NCBI GenBank assembly: GCA_041395025.1 | Contig: JAWLBH010000001.1 | Coordinates: 1,260,001 to 1,292,000, forward strand | Source: Chlamydiales bacterium | GTDB taxonomy: Bacteria > Chlamydiota > Chlamydiia > Chlamydiales > JAAKFR01 | Length of the DNA: 32,000 nucleotides | Direction: 5' to 3' | Shown: positions 10,175 to 19,248 of the stretch, in pieces | Numbering within the stretch: the first letter of the stretch is position 1 | Layout: every line of letters starts with the position of its first letter | Notes under the pieces: model-generated | The model's database searches: none | What the model was told of the DNA's origin: nothing | Seen by the model: the letters and a program-made list of their open reading frames with translations, nothing else | Position numbers and translations under genes: made by a program

Positions 10175-10506
10175 AAATTCGATTACGTCAACAAGGAAGG
10201 AAAAATTTCCTTGTCTATCGTTTGGTATTAAGTGATTCTCGTTCTCCACGTGATGGAAAATACACTGAATTTTTAGGATGGTATAATCCTCATGAAGAAA
10301 CAGAAACAAAAAATGTGATGATTAAAAGTGGACGTGTTCTCTATTGGTTACAAAAAGGAGCGATTCTCACAGACAAGGCAAAGAATCTTGTTGCACGTGG
10401 TGCTCCTGAAGTATTCAATGAAATGCGTAGAAGGGAAGAAGAAAAGCGTATAAAAAAGAGACAACAACGCAAAGTGGTTCGTAGTCAAAAAGTGAGTCCT
10501 GCCTAA
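10165..10506 (+). CDS. rpsP: 30S ribosomal protein S16 with basic C-terminal extension
   Basis: [33 protein letters not shown] is the S16 signature. GGAGG at 10154-10158 lies 6 nt upstream of the ATG. The gene overlaps the ffh 3' end by 10 nt. The tail is [26 protein letters not shown]. Confidence 0.95.
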   Translation: [113 protein letters not shown]

Positions 10507-10514
10507 AAGGCTTT

Positions 10515-11186
10515 ATGGATGTTGAGATTATCTCTCTCTTTCGGAAGTATTTTTTAGGGCCTTTTAATGAAAGTATTTTGAAAAGGGCTAGAGAAAGAAA
10601 GTTTCTAAATATTCGCTATACCCAATTACGAGATTTTGCTTTTGATAAGCATCATAGAGTTGACGATCGTCCCTATGGAGGAGGACCTGGAATGGTTTTA
10701 AAGGCTGAGCCAGCGAGTCGTGCTATTCGTCATGTTAGGAGGGAAGATTCATATGTTATTTATCTTTCCCCTCAAGGAAAGACTCTGAATGCATCAAAAT
10801 GCCGCCAACTTGCAGAAAAATCTCACTTAATTTTGCTTTGTGGTCATTATGAAGGGATAGATGAAAGGATAATAGTTAAGGAAGTTGATGAAGAGATTAG
10901 CATTGGCGATTATGTGCTGACTAATGGGGCACTTGCAGCCATTGTATTGCTTGATGCAGTTTCTCGATTTATTCCTGGTGTTTTAGGAAATAAAGAGGCA
11001 GCTAAGGAAGACTCTTTTGAAAAAGGCATTTTCGATTGTCCGCATTACACAAGGCCGGAGGTTTTTGAAGGATTAACAGTGCCAAAGGTTCTTTTGACGG
11101 GGAATCACATGGAGATTGCTGCCAAGAGGAAAGAATGGGCTATTGCTAAAACAAAAAGTATTCGTCCAGATCTTTTTGAAGGATGA
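10515..11186 (+). CDS. trmD: tRNA (guanine37-N1)-methyltransferase
   Basis: 223 aa with TrmD motifs (VDDRPYGGGPGMV, LLCGHYEGIDERI, SIGDYVLTNG). It starts 8 nt after rpsP, and no rimM lies between them. Confidence 0.93.
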   Translation: MDVEIISLFRKYFLGPFNESILKRARERKFLNIRYTQLRDFAFDKHHRVDDRPYGGGPGMVLKAEPASRAIRHVRREDSYVIYLSPQGKTLNASKCRQLAEKSHLILLCGHYEGIDERIIVKEVDEEISIGDYVLTNGALAAIVLLDAVSRFIPGVLGNKEAAKEDSFEKGIFDCPHYTRPEVFEGLTVPKVLLTGNHMEIAAKRKEWAIAKTKSIRPDLFEG

Positions 11187-11222
11187 TAATTTAGGTGCAG
11201 AACAACTAAGGATGAGTGAACA

Positions 11223-11657
11223 ATGAATACTTTGATTGAAGATTTAGAAAGTGAACAGTTGAAAAAAGATATTCCTGACTTCTCTATTGGGGATACTATT
11301 CGAGTTTCAACAAAAATTATTGAAGGAGAAAAAGAGCGTGTGCAAGCTTTTCAGGGGACCGTGATTGCTCGTAAAGGAGGTGGTATCTCTGAAACATTTT
11401 CTCTTCATCGGATTTCTTATGGTGAAGGAATGGAAAGAGTATTTTGTCTCCGTAGTCCTCGAATCGTAAAGATTGAAATCATTAAAAGAGGCCATGTCAG
11501 ACGTGCCAAGCTCTATGATTTGCGGGGTAAGAAAGGTAAAGCAGCAAAAGTAAAAGAGAAATTTGGATTCCCTAAATCTTTATCAATAAATGAGAATCAA
11601 AATCGTGAAAGAGACAAAACAGAATCAGAAACTATTGGAATGCATACCAAAGATTGA
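11223..11657 (+). CDS. rplS: 50S ribosomal protein L19 with C-terminal extension
   Basis: The L19 signature is present: FSIGDTIRV...[16 protein letters not shown]...[22 protein letters not shown]. About 30 extra C-terminal residues follow the conserved core. Confidence 0.95.
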   Translation: MNTLIEDLESEQLKKDIPDFSIGDTIRVSTKIIEGEKERVQAFQGTVIARKGGGISETFSLHRISYGEGMERVFCLRSPRIVKIEIIKRGHVRRAKLYDLRGKKGKAAKVKEKFGFPKSLSINENQNRERDKTESETIGMHTKD

Positions 11658-12279
11658 GCAATCTCGTCTCTTATATCTGATAGAATTAGAACAGAAGATT
11701 CAAGCAAAAGGTTTTAGTCGAATTGCAGGAATTGATGAAGCAGGAAGAGGGCCTTTAGCTGGTCCTGTAGTTGCAGCAGCTACGGTTTTTAGAAAACAAG
11801 TATTTTTCTCAGGATTGAATGACAGTAAGCTTTTAACCCCTAGTAAACGTAAAGCTCTCTACCAAGACATCATTCAGCATCCTGATTTGGACTACGCAAC
11901 TGGAATAGTCGAACCATTAGTTATAGATGAGATCAATATTTTACAAGCGACTTTATATGCTATGCGTAAGGCAGTTGAATCTCTTTCTGAACAGCCAGAC
12001 TATCTCTTAATTGATGGGAATGTAAATTTACATATAGAAAATATTCAGTCTGAAGCTCTTATTAGAGGGGATCAACGATCTCAGTTAATTGCAGCTTCCT
12101 CTATTATTGCAAAAGAAACAAGAGATAAATTGATGATGGATTATCATCGGCTTTATCCTGAGTATGGCTTTGATCAGCATAAAGGATATGGAACGAAAAA
12201 ACATTGTTTAGCTCTTGCAAAATACGGGCCTTCGCCTATTCATCGAAAGACGTTTCATCTAAAAAAAAAATATGATTGA
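11590..12279 (+). CDS. rnhB: Ribonuclease HII
   Basis: It has [20 protein letters not shown] (catalytic DEAGRG), DSKLLT, and LIDG...IIAKE. The start is uncertain. The ATG at 11590 overlaps rplS by 68 nt, and an in-frame TTG at 11635 would reduce the overlap to 23 nt. Confidence 0.9.
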   Translation: MRIKIVKETKQNQKLLECIPKIEQSRLLYLIELEQKIQAKGFSRIAGIDEAGRGPLAGPVVAAATVFRKQVFFSGLNDSKLLTPSKRKALYQDIIQHPDLDYATGIVEPLVIDEINILQATLYAMRKAVESLSEQPDYLLIDGNVNLHIENIQSEALIRGDQRSQLIAASSIIAKETRDKLMMDYHRLYPEYGFDQHKGYGTKKHCLALAKYGPSPIHRKTFHLKKKYD

Positions 12280-12379
12280 AGTGCAATATTTCACTTCTAA
12301 TATTTTTGAATAATAGATAAAGGTTTTAACCATCTATTTAACAAATTTTAAGATTTTATCTTAAAAAGAGTATTATTAA

Positions 12380-12406
12380 TTGACAATTTAGCTGTTTTTC
12401 TAGATT
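12380..12406 (+). promoter_or_regulatory. Possible sigma-66/70-type promoter for yicC-gmk operon
   Basis: A perfect -35 TTGACA (12380-12385) is followed after only 15 nt by TAGATT (12401-12406). The spacer is shorter than optimal and the background is AT-rich, so this may be a chance match. Confidence 0.2.
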
Positions 12407-12416
12407 CTTTTTGAGT

Positions 12417-13325
12417 ATGTCAAACGCTTTCCAATTAAATAGCATGACGGCTTATGGACGTGGAACTTATTCCTCTGACTATGGGCGTTTATCTTTAGAA
12501 ATTCAAAGCACGAATCATCGTTATCTTGAATTTCAGATGAATTTACCTCGTTTTTTTACCTTTTATGAGATTCCTTTACGGAAGAAAATCACCAATTATC
12601 TTGGAAGAGGTATGGTGAGAGTTCTAGTCAATTGGCAAGCTGATCCCCAAATACCTACTCAAGTGATTCCCAATCTATCTTTGTTAAGAAGTCTCAAAAG
12701 AGCTTGGGAAGAGGCTGCATATGAACTTGGATTAGAAGAAAAAATTGACTTGCATTTACTAGCTCATGAGAAACATTTTCTATCTTTTAAAGAGAAGCTT
12801 CCTCCAGAAGAGTTATTATATAAAGGATTAGAATCAAGTTTAGAGGAAGCTCTTGATATGCTTTTAGAGATGAGAAAAAAAGAAGGAGGCTTGCTGGCAC
12901 AAGATCTCTATAAGCGTATGCAAAACATCGAAACATTAATAGAAACAATTGAGGAAGAGGCGCCTAAAAAGGTAAAAAACTATCATGATAAATTGATTAA
13001 ACGAGTCGAAGAGTTTTTAACTGGGCAGACCGAAAATGAAGAGAGAATTCTTCGTGAGGTGGTTTTATTTGCTGAACGTATTGATATCTCAGAAGAAATT
13101 ATACGATTTAAGAGTCATATGACTCAATTTCTTGAAGTCATTAAAACACCATTAGTGAAAAGAGATGAAACACGTGGTAAAACATTGGATTTTTTGATTC
13201 AAGAGCTCAATCGGGAGATCAATACTATTGGATCAAAATCGATGAATGTTGTTGTTAATAAGAGAGTCGTAGAAGTAAAAAGTGAATTAGAAAAAATTCG
13301 GGAGCAAACACAAAACATTGAGTAA
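12417..13325 (+). CDS. yicC: YicC-family protein (stress-induced endoribonuclease family)
   Basis: It has the N-terminal SMTAYGRG motif and the C-terminal YicC signature GKTLDFLIQELNREINTIGSKS. The start could be TTG 12411, ATG 12417 or ATG 12444. Its 3' end overlaps the gmk start by 8 nt. Confidence 0.85.
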   Translation: MSNAFQLNSMTAYGRGTYSSDYGRLSLEIQSTNHRYLEFQMNLPRFFTFYEIPLRKKITNYLGRGMVRVLVNWQADPQIPTQVIPNLSLLRSLKRAWEEAAYELGLEEKIDLHLLAHEKHFLSFKEKLPPEELLYKGLESSLEEALDMLLEMRKKEGGLLAQDLYKRMQNIETLIETIEEEAPKKVKNYHDKLIKRVEEFLTGQTENEERILREVVLFAERIDISEEIIRFKSHMTQFLEVIKTPLVKRDETRGKTLDFLIQELNREINTIGSKSMNVVVNKRVVEVKSELEKIREQTQNIE

Positions 13326-13911
13326 AAATCTATTAGGAAATAGAAATCAAGGGATATTATTTGTGATTTCAGCTCCTGCTGGAACTGGAAAATCCACTCT
13401 TGTGGAAATGATTTTAAAAGAATTTCCAGATCAGATTGCTAAGAGTCGTTCATGTACCACTCGTGATCCGCGTCCTCAAGAAGTTTTAACACACCATTAT
13501 GATTTTATTTCCATCACCGATTTTCATCAAAAAATAACTTCTGGAGAATTTCTTGAACAAGTCGAAGTCTTTGGGAATTACTATGGGACGCGAAAAGAAG
13601 AAGTAGCTGATCTTCAAGAACAGGGGAAACATGTTCTTTTAATTATTGATACTCAAGGAGCTATGCAGATTATGAAAAAAATTCCTGCGGTGTTTATTTT
13701 TATTGCTCCTCCTTCCTTTAAAGAACTTAGAAATCGTTTAGTCAAGCGATCTACAGAAAATGACCAAAAGATTCAAGAGCGTCTTTTATGGGCAAAACAA
13801 GAGATGCGTTTTGCTTGTTTTTATGATTATTATATTGTGAACGATGATCTAGAAGTTACCTATCAAATTCTACGCAGCATTCTTATTGCTGAAGAGCACA
13901 AAAGGAGATAA
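13318..13911 (+). CDS. gmk: Guanylate kinase
   Basis: 197 aa with a TTG start. It has the P-loop ISAPAGTGKSTL, the TTRDPRPQE (GMP-binding) motif, and FGNYYGT. Confidence 0.93.
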   Translation: MSKNLLGNRNQGILFVISAPAGTGKSTLVEMILKEFPDQIAKSRSCTTRDPRPQEVLTHHYDFISITDFHQKITSGEFLEQVEVFGNYYGTRKEEVADLQEQGKHVLLIIDTQGAMQIMKKIPAVFIFIAPPSFKELRNRLVKRSTENDQKIQERLLWAKQEMRFACFYDYYIVNDDLEVTYQILRSILIAEEHKRR

Positions 13912-13913
13912 TT

Positions 13914-14132
13914 ATGTCACTAAAAAATACTTTAACTAATGAAACATTGAATCGAAAATTCAATAGTCCATTTTCTCTGGTTAATTATGCAATTTCATTT
14001 GCTAAAATGAGAATAGAAAAGGGGGAAGGAATTGAATCCAATTTAGCCAATGATGTGATAGAATTGATTGGAGCAAGTAAAGATCAGTTACTTGAATTAG
14101 ATAGTGAAAAGAGTAAAATAGTTAAAGAATAA
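13914..14132 (+). CDS. Small conserved-position ORF; candidate divergent RNA polymerase omega subunit
   Basis: 72 codons. A strong SD (AAGGAG, 13902-13907) is present, and the ORF is packed 3 nt after gmk and 8 nt before metG. It sits in the gmk-rpoZ position. Residues RKFNSPFSLVNYAISFAKMRI only loosely follow the omega helix pattern N-[RK]-[FY]-x-L-V..A..[RK]A[RK]. That this is a real CDS is likely; the product call is tentative. Confidence 0.45.
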   Translation: MSLKNTLTNETLNRKFNSPFSLVNYAISFAKMRIEKGEGIESNLANDVIELIGASKDQLLELDSEKSKIVKE

Positions 14133-14139
14133 ATGTTTG

Positions 14140-15828
14140 ATGAAAAAAATCTTAATTACTTCTGCTTTACCTTACGCAAACGGTCCTTTACACTTTGGTC
14201 ATATTGCCGGAGCTTATTTGCCAGCAGATTGTTACGCTCGTTTCGAGCGGCTTCGTGGAAATGATGTACTTTATATCTGCGGATCTGATGAATATGGTGT
14301 TGCAATTACTTTAAGTGCTGAAATTGCAAGACAGACTCCTAAAGAGCATGTAGACCATTTTCATCAAGTAATAAAGAATTTCTTTGATAAATTGTGGATT
14401 GATTTTGATTATTTTTCACGTACAACATCGCCAACACATATCCCTATTGTGCAAGATTTTTTTCATGATCTTAAAGCTAATGGTTATATTGAAGCAATTG
14501 AGACTGAACAGCTTTATTCTGAAATTGACAAACGTTTTCTAGCTGATCGGTATGTGATTGGGACTTGTCCTAGATGTGGATTTGAAGAGGCTCGAGGCGA
14601 TGAATGTATGAAGTGTGGAGCAAGCTATGAGACGAGTGATTTAAAAAAGCCTCGTTCAAAAATCACAGGAAAATCTCTTGGTTGGAAAAAAACGACTCAT
14701 TGGTTTATGCGTTTTGATCGGTTTAAAGAACAATTAGCTTCCTTTATTTCAAATCGTTCTTGGAAAGCAAACGTCGTGCATTTTGCTCAAGCCTATCTTG
14801 ATGATCTTCGTCCCCGTGCGATTACACGTGATCTTGAATGGGGCATCCCTGTCCCTTTAAAAGAAGCTGTAGGTAAAGTATTTTATGTGTGGTTTGATGC
14901 TCCAATTGGCTATATTAGTGCGACACAGGATTGGGCTAAGGAAAGAGGAAACCCAGAGGCTTGGAAAAGCTATTGGTGTGACCCACAGACAAAATATGTA
15001 CAATTTATAGGAAAAGATAATATTCCTTTTCATGCCATATTTTTCCCTGCTATGATTCTGGGACAGAACTCTCCTTATAAGCTTGTTGATGACTTAGTAG
15101 CTAATGAATTTTATAATTTTGAAGGAAGACAGTTTAGCAAGTCTGAAGGTTGGGTGATTGATATAGAGGATTTTTTTTCTTATTTTCATTCTGATCAAAT
15201 TCGCTATGTGATTGCTGCTAATGCCCCTGAAACAAGCGATACGGAGTTTACTTGGAGAGATTTTCAAACTCGCTGCAATAGTGAGCTTCTTGGTAAATTA
15301 GGGAATCTAGTCAATAGAGTACTCATCTTTGTACAGAATCATTGTAATAGACGCATTCCTCAATATGAAAGAATGCAAGACATAGACCATCGTTTTCTAG
15401 AGAAAATCAATGAATTGACTGATGATATAGAACATGCCTATGCTGCGTATAAAATGCGACGTGCTAGTCAGCTGATTATGGAACTCGCACAAATAGGGAA
15501 TACCTATTTTGATGCAAAAACTCCTTGGAAAGATATCAAAGACCAAAAATATTCATCTTTACAGACAACAATAGGACTCTCTTTTGTTTTGCTTAAGGCA
15601 TTAGCTCTTACTTCATTTCCAATTATGCCACAAACTGGAGAAAAAATTTGGAAAATGATAGGTTTTCAAAAACCTTTGGAATTATATTCATGGAAAACTG
15701 TTATTGAAATGTCTTGTGAAATAGGCAAGGTACTTCCGGTTCCTTCACTTCTTTTTCAGAAAGTTGAAGATGAGATTATTGAAATGCAAATCAATAAAAT
15801 CAGAGACGTTAAAAAAAAATGCATCTAG
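14140..15828 (+). CDS. metG: Methionyl-tRNA synthetase (short form, no C-terminal tRNA-binding domain)
   Basis: It has the HIGH region PYANGPLHFGHIAG, a zinc knuckle CPRCG...CMKCG, and the KMSKS variant QFSKSEG. I prefer the ATG at 14140 to the TTG at 14137. The protein ends soon after the anticodon-binding domain. Confidence 0.96.
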   Translation: MKKILITSALPYANGPLHFGHIAGAYLPADCYARFERLRGNDVLYICGSDEYGVAITLSAEIARQTPKEHVDHFHQVIKNFFDKLWIDFDYFSRTTSPTHIPIVQDFFHDLKANGYIEAIETEQLYSEIDKRFLADRYVIGTCPRCGFEEARGDECMKCGASYETSDLKKPRSKITGKSLGWKKTTHWFMRFDRFKEQLASFISNRSWKANVVHFAQAYLDDLRPRAITRDLEWGIPVPLKEAVGKVFYVWFDAPIGYISATQDWAKERGNPEAWKSYWCDPQTKYVQFIGKDNIPFHAIFFPAMILGQNSPYKLVDDLVANEFYNFEGRQFSKSEGWVIDIEDFFSYFHSDQIRYVIAANAPETSDTEFTWRDFQTRCNSELLGKLGNLVNRVLIFVQNHCNRRIPQYERMQDIDHRFLEKINELTDDIEHAYAAYKMRRASQLIMELAQIGNTYFDAKTPWKDIKDQKYSSLQTTIGLSFVLLKALALTSFPIMPQTGEKIWKMIGFQKPLELYSWKTVIEMSCEIGKVLPVPSLLFQKVEDEIIEMQINKIRDVKKKCI

Positions 15829-15887
15829 GTAAGTCGCTTACATGAAATGAAACATTTATTAAAATTCTTTTGTCGTATCAGCATTAA

Positions 15888-18020
15888 TTAGAAAGTTTTT
15901 TGAATTAGGGCTTCTTTGAGGCCAGTATGTCTTTTAAGAGTTTCATTATTAGAAACAGCGATGCCAATCGCTTTTCCAGTGCCAATAAGAATTACGATTT
16001 TCTTACCTCTAGTTACAGCTGTATAAAGGAGATTTCTTTGGAGCATCATAAAGTGAGTCGTATGAATAGGAATCACTACGCAAGGGGATTCGCTTCCTTG
16101 ATATTTATGGATAGAGGTAGCATAAGCTAAAACTAATTCATCAAGATCACAGAAAGGATAAGTCACTAGATGACCTTCATAGTTTATAATCAATTCTTGG
16201 TCTTCTTGGTTAATCATTTTAATACGTCCAATATCTCCATTATAGACTTCTTTTTTATAATCATTGCGAATTTGCATGACTTTATCACCAATCCCCAAGT
16301 AGCCTGCTCCATGGGGGATCATATTTTTTTGTGGATTGAGTATTTTCTGTAAAATGACATTTAGATTTTCTATCCCAATTGGACCGCGTTTCATTGGGGC
16401 CAGTACTTGAATATCTTCGATTGGATTAAGATGATAACTTTTAGGTAACCTTTTTGAAATTAGCTCGATGATTTTATCAAGGATAGATTCAGGCTCTTCA
16501 CCTTTAAGAAAGAAAAAGTCTGATGTTTTTTCTGTAGTTAAATCAGGAAACTCCCCAGCATTAATTTTGTGGGCATTTGTAATAATACGAGAACCGGCGG
16601 CTTGTCTAAATATTTCGTTTAATGCAGTCACAGAGATTATTTGACTATCAATCATATCTTTTAAAACAAGTCCTGGTCCCACACTAGGTAATTGGTAGAC
16701 ATCTCCTACAATAATCAGTCGCGCATGCCCAGGAATAGCTTTAAGGAGACCATACATGAGATTTGTATCAATCATACTTGCTTCATCAATCACAATTAAG
16801 TCACAATGAAGAGGATTATCTCTATTGCGTTTAAACCCTTTTTTAATGAAGTCAAATTGTAAAAGACTATGAATAGTAGTCGCTTCTTGTTTGGTAATTT
16901 CACTCATACGTTTCGCTGCTCTTCCTGTTGGAGCTGCTAGGATAATAAATTGGCTTAGCTGCTTAGTAATCGCAAGAATGGCATTTATGATCGTACTTTT
17001 GCCTGTTCCGGGTCCTCCAGTGATGATATGAATTTTTTTTTTAAGAGCATATTCAATAGCCGTTTTTTGTTTTTTAGCTAATTGAATATTTAGTGTTTTT
17101 TCTACCCAACTGATTGCCTTTTCTGTATCGATCTGTCTAAGATGGCTTCGATGATTCATGAGTCGATCTAGTTCACGAGCAATGCCTGTTTCAGCAATCC
17201 AAAGCCTTTTTAACCAAACGTTTCCTTCGGAAATGACGATATGTCCTTCATTTTGTAATGTTTGAATTCTTTCTTGAGGATGAATTTCCAATATTTCTTG
17301 AGCTTTTGAGCATAACTCATCAAGTGGATAGCACACATGGCCCTGATCGGCTAATTCAGTAAGTAAGTACTCAATTCCTGAGTCTATCCGTTGATGCGCA
17401 TCTTTAGGAAAGCCTAATTTTTCTGCAATTTTATCTGCTGATTTAAATCCAATCCCTCGCATCTCTCTAGCAAGCATATAGGGATTCGCTTGAAGATAAG
17501 AGACAGTTTCATTTCCATATAATTTATATAATTTTTGAGCAAAAATAGAACTAATTCCATATTTTTGCAGAAATATCATCACATTACGGATAGATTTTTG
17601 TGCCTGCCAACAGGATTTGATTTTTTCGATCCGTTTTTGTCCAATTCCATTCACTTTAATCAAGAAGTCGGGAGATTGATCAATAATATCAAGGGTTTGT
17701 TCTCCGAATATTTTTACAATCCGTTCAGCGTAGATAGGACCTATCCCTCTAACCATACCGGATTCAAGATATTTTTGGATTCCTAATAAATCTGTAGGCT
17801 TTTCGATAAAATACTCTGAAACAATGAATTGAATCCCATGTGTGACATGTTTTTTCCATTCACCTATTAAGCGAAGATTTTCACCTGGAGTAAGAGTAGG
17901 CATGGTACCCACAATGGTGGTGAGTTCTTTTTTACGTGATTGCTGTAGTCGTGCAACTGTAAAACCATTTTCAGAATTTGTAAATGTAACTCGTTCAACA
18001 TAACCGAAGATCTGATCCAT
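15888..18020 (-). CDS. recD2: RecD2-type SF1B ATP-dependent DNA helicase
   Basis: Motifs are Walker A GGPGTGKST, Walker B LIVIDEASM, GDVYQLPSVGPG, and a late motif SIHKYQGSE. The N-terminal OB/HhH region (GIGPIYAERI, GIGQKRIEKI, GIGFKSADKI) is typical of RecD2. I prefer the ATG at 18020 (MDQIFGYVERVTF) to the TTG at 18029. Confidence 0.9.
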   Translation of the reverse strand: MDQIFGYVERVTFTNSENGFTVARLQQSRKKELTTIVGTMPTLTPGENLRLIGEWKKHVTHGIQFIVSEYFIEKPTDLLGIQKYLESGMVRGIGPIYAERIVKIFGEQTLDIIDQSPDFLIKVNGIGQKRIEKIKSCWQAQKSIRNVMIFLQKYGISSIFAQKLYKLYGNETVSYLQANPYMLAREMRGIGFKSADKIAEKLGFPKDAHQRIDSGIEYLLTELADQGHVCYPLDELCSKAQEILEIHPQERIQTLQNEGHIVISEGNVWLKRLWIAETGIARELDRLMNHRSHLRQIDTEKAISWVEKTLNIQLAKKQKTAIEYALKKKIHIITGGPGTGKSTIINAILAITKQLSQFIILAAPTGRAAKRMSEITKQEATTIHSLLQFDFIKKGFKRNRDNPLHCDLIVIDEASMIDTNLMYGLLKAIPGHARLIIVGDVYQLPSVGPGLVLKDMIDSQIISVTALNEIFRQAAGSRIITNAHKINAGEFPDLTTEKTSDFFFLKGEEPESILDKIIELISKRLPKSYHLNPIEDIQVLAPMKRGPIGIENLNVILQKILNPQKNMIPHGAGYLGIGDKVMQIRNDYKKEVYNGDIGRIKMINQEDQELIINYEGHLVTYPFCDLDELVLAYATSIHKYQGSESPCVVIPIHTTHFMMLQRNLLYTAVTRGKKIVILIGTGKAIGIAVSNNETLKRHTGLKEALIQKTF

Positions 18021-18185
18021 AAAATGCAATTATATCTAAGAATATTCTTAATGAAAAACATATTTCATAATCTCTCATATTATCAAATGTCTAGGATATA
18101 ACAGAGTTATTCTTCTTTAGTTGAAAATGGAATTTGTAGTCGATTCAGGTGTGTGGCGATAAAATATTTTTCTTAAATAGGAATT

Positions 18186-19172
18186 TTGTTTAAACCATAT
18201 TCTATTGAGCCTTATAATGGATTCATGTGGTTAGGATTGTTATTTGCGATATCTGCATGCTTTTTATGGGGATGGATTTTTGTCATTCCTAGTTTCCTTT
18301 CTGACTTTTCTGGGCTAGAAGTTGTCTTGGGTCGCTATTTTGTTTATGGATTGATTTCAGCGATCTTGTTCTTTAAAGGAGGGTTGAATAAAGCACGCCA
18401 AATTTCTAAAATGATTTGGATTAAAGCACTGACATTTGCATTTTTCTCTAATATTATTTACTACCTAGGTATTATCATTGGATTGCGTTTCGCTTCTCCT
18501 TCTTTAACCATCCTAATTGCTAGTATGTCTCCAGTTGCAGTTGCATTATATGGAAATTGGTATGCACGAGAGATCGTCTTTACAAGTATGATTTTTCCTG
18601 TTTTATGTATTTTATCTGGCTTAATTATTGTAAATATTGCGGAAATTGACTGGACTTTTTCTTCAAATTCTCTTGAAGGATATCTCTTAGGATTTTTTGC
18701 AGCAGTGATTTCTCTATTAGCTTGGAGTTGGTATGCTGTACATAATGCACGCTTTTTAAAACGCAATCCGCATATCGATGTCACTGAATGGACATCAATC
18801 ATTGGGATAGCTACTTTGTTCTGGGCATGTCTCACAACCATCTTTTTTGCCTTTATCATAGAAAAAGAGATCGATATTTCGAGATTTATCCATTTTTCTC
18901 AGGAAACAATGCGCTTTACTATTGCTGCTCTGATTCTTGGGGGGATTTGTTCTTGGTTGCCTTGTTATTTATGGAATCGCGCTAGCCTTTACTTACCTGT
19001 CTCTCTTATGGGTCCATTTTTAATTTTTGAATCGATTTTTGGGATCCTTCTCGTTTTTTCTTTCGAATCTCATCTTCCATCTCTCCTTGAAGTTTTTGGC
19101 ATGAGTACAATGCTCGGAGGGATTATTTTATCGATTATTGCTTTTCGTAAGCAGCTCAATAAAAAGGCTTAA
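18186..19172 (+). CDS. EamA/DMT-superfamily membrane transporter
   Basis: 328-aa very hydrophobic ORF with about ten hydrophobic segments by eye. The N-terminal LFAISACFLWG and the duplicated architecture are typical of EamA domains. The start may be TTG 18186 or ATG 18225. The substrate is unknown. Confidence 0.8.
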   Translation: MFKPYSIEPYNGFMWLGLLFAISACFLWGWIFVIPSFLSDFSGLEVVLGRYFVYGLISAILFFKGGLNKARQISKMIWIKALTFAFFSNIIYYLGIIIGLRFASPSLTILIASMSPVAVALYGNWYAREIVFTSMIFPVLCILSGLIIVNIAEIDWTFSSNSLEGYLLGFFAAVISLLAWSWYAVHNARFLKRNPHIDVTEWTSIIGIATLFWACLTTIFFAFIIEKEIDISRFIHFSQETMRFTIAALILGGICSWLPCYLWNRASLYLPVSLMGPFLIFESIFGILLVFSFESHLPSLLEVFGMSTMLGGIILSIIAFRKQLNKKA

Positions 19173-19213
19173 AAATCACTTTTTTTTAAGTTACAAGTCT
19201 TTGAAAAAAATAG

Positions 19214-19248
19214 TATAAACTTCATACTAAGTCAGTATGAAGTTTATA
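19214..19248 (-). terminator. Candidate rho-independent terminator downstream of ogt (between convergent genes)
   Basis: A perfect 15-bp inverted repeat tataaacttcatact / agtatgaagtttata has a 5-nt loop. Read on the minus strand, it is followed after 3 nt by T7 (the complement of A7 at 19204-19210). The stem is AT-rich (3 G:C pairs), so it is weaker than a classical terminator. Confidence 0.45.

Noticed and set aside
15829-15841. Small hairpin gtaag-tcg-cttac between convergent metG and recD2 as a terminator
   Set aside because: The stem is only 5 bp with no adjoining U-tract on either strand, which is insufficient to call.
15888-18029. RecD2-type helicase considered as the core of a phage-defence or mobile-element module
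   Set aside because: No nuclease, methylase, ATPase partner or integrase is adjacent. From memory, the gene sits where recD_1 (CT033) follows metG in C. trachomatis, which indicates a conserved housekeeping helicase.
18461-18859. 132-aa minus-strand ORF inside the EamA transporter gene
   Set aside because: It lies entirely antisense to a coherent membrane-protein ORF, has no recognisable motif or SD, and is typical of an AT-rich shadow frame.
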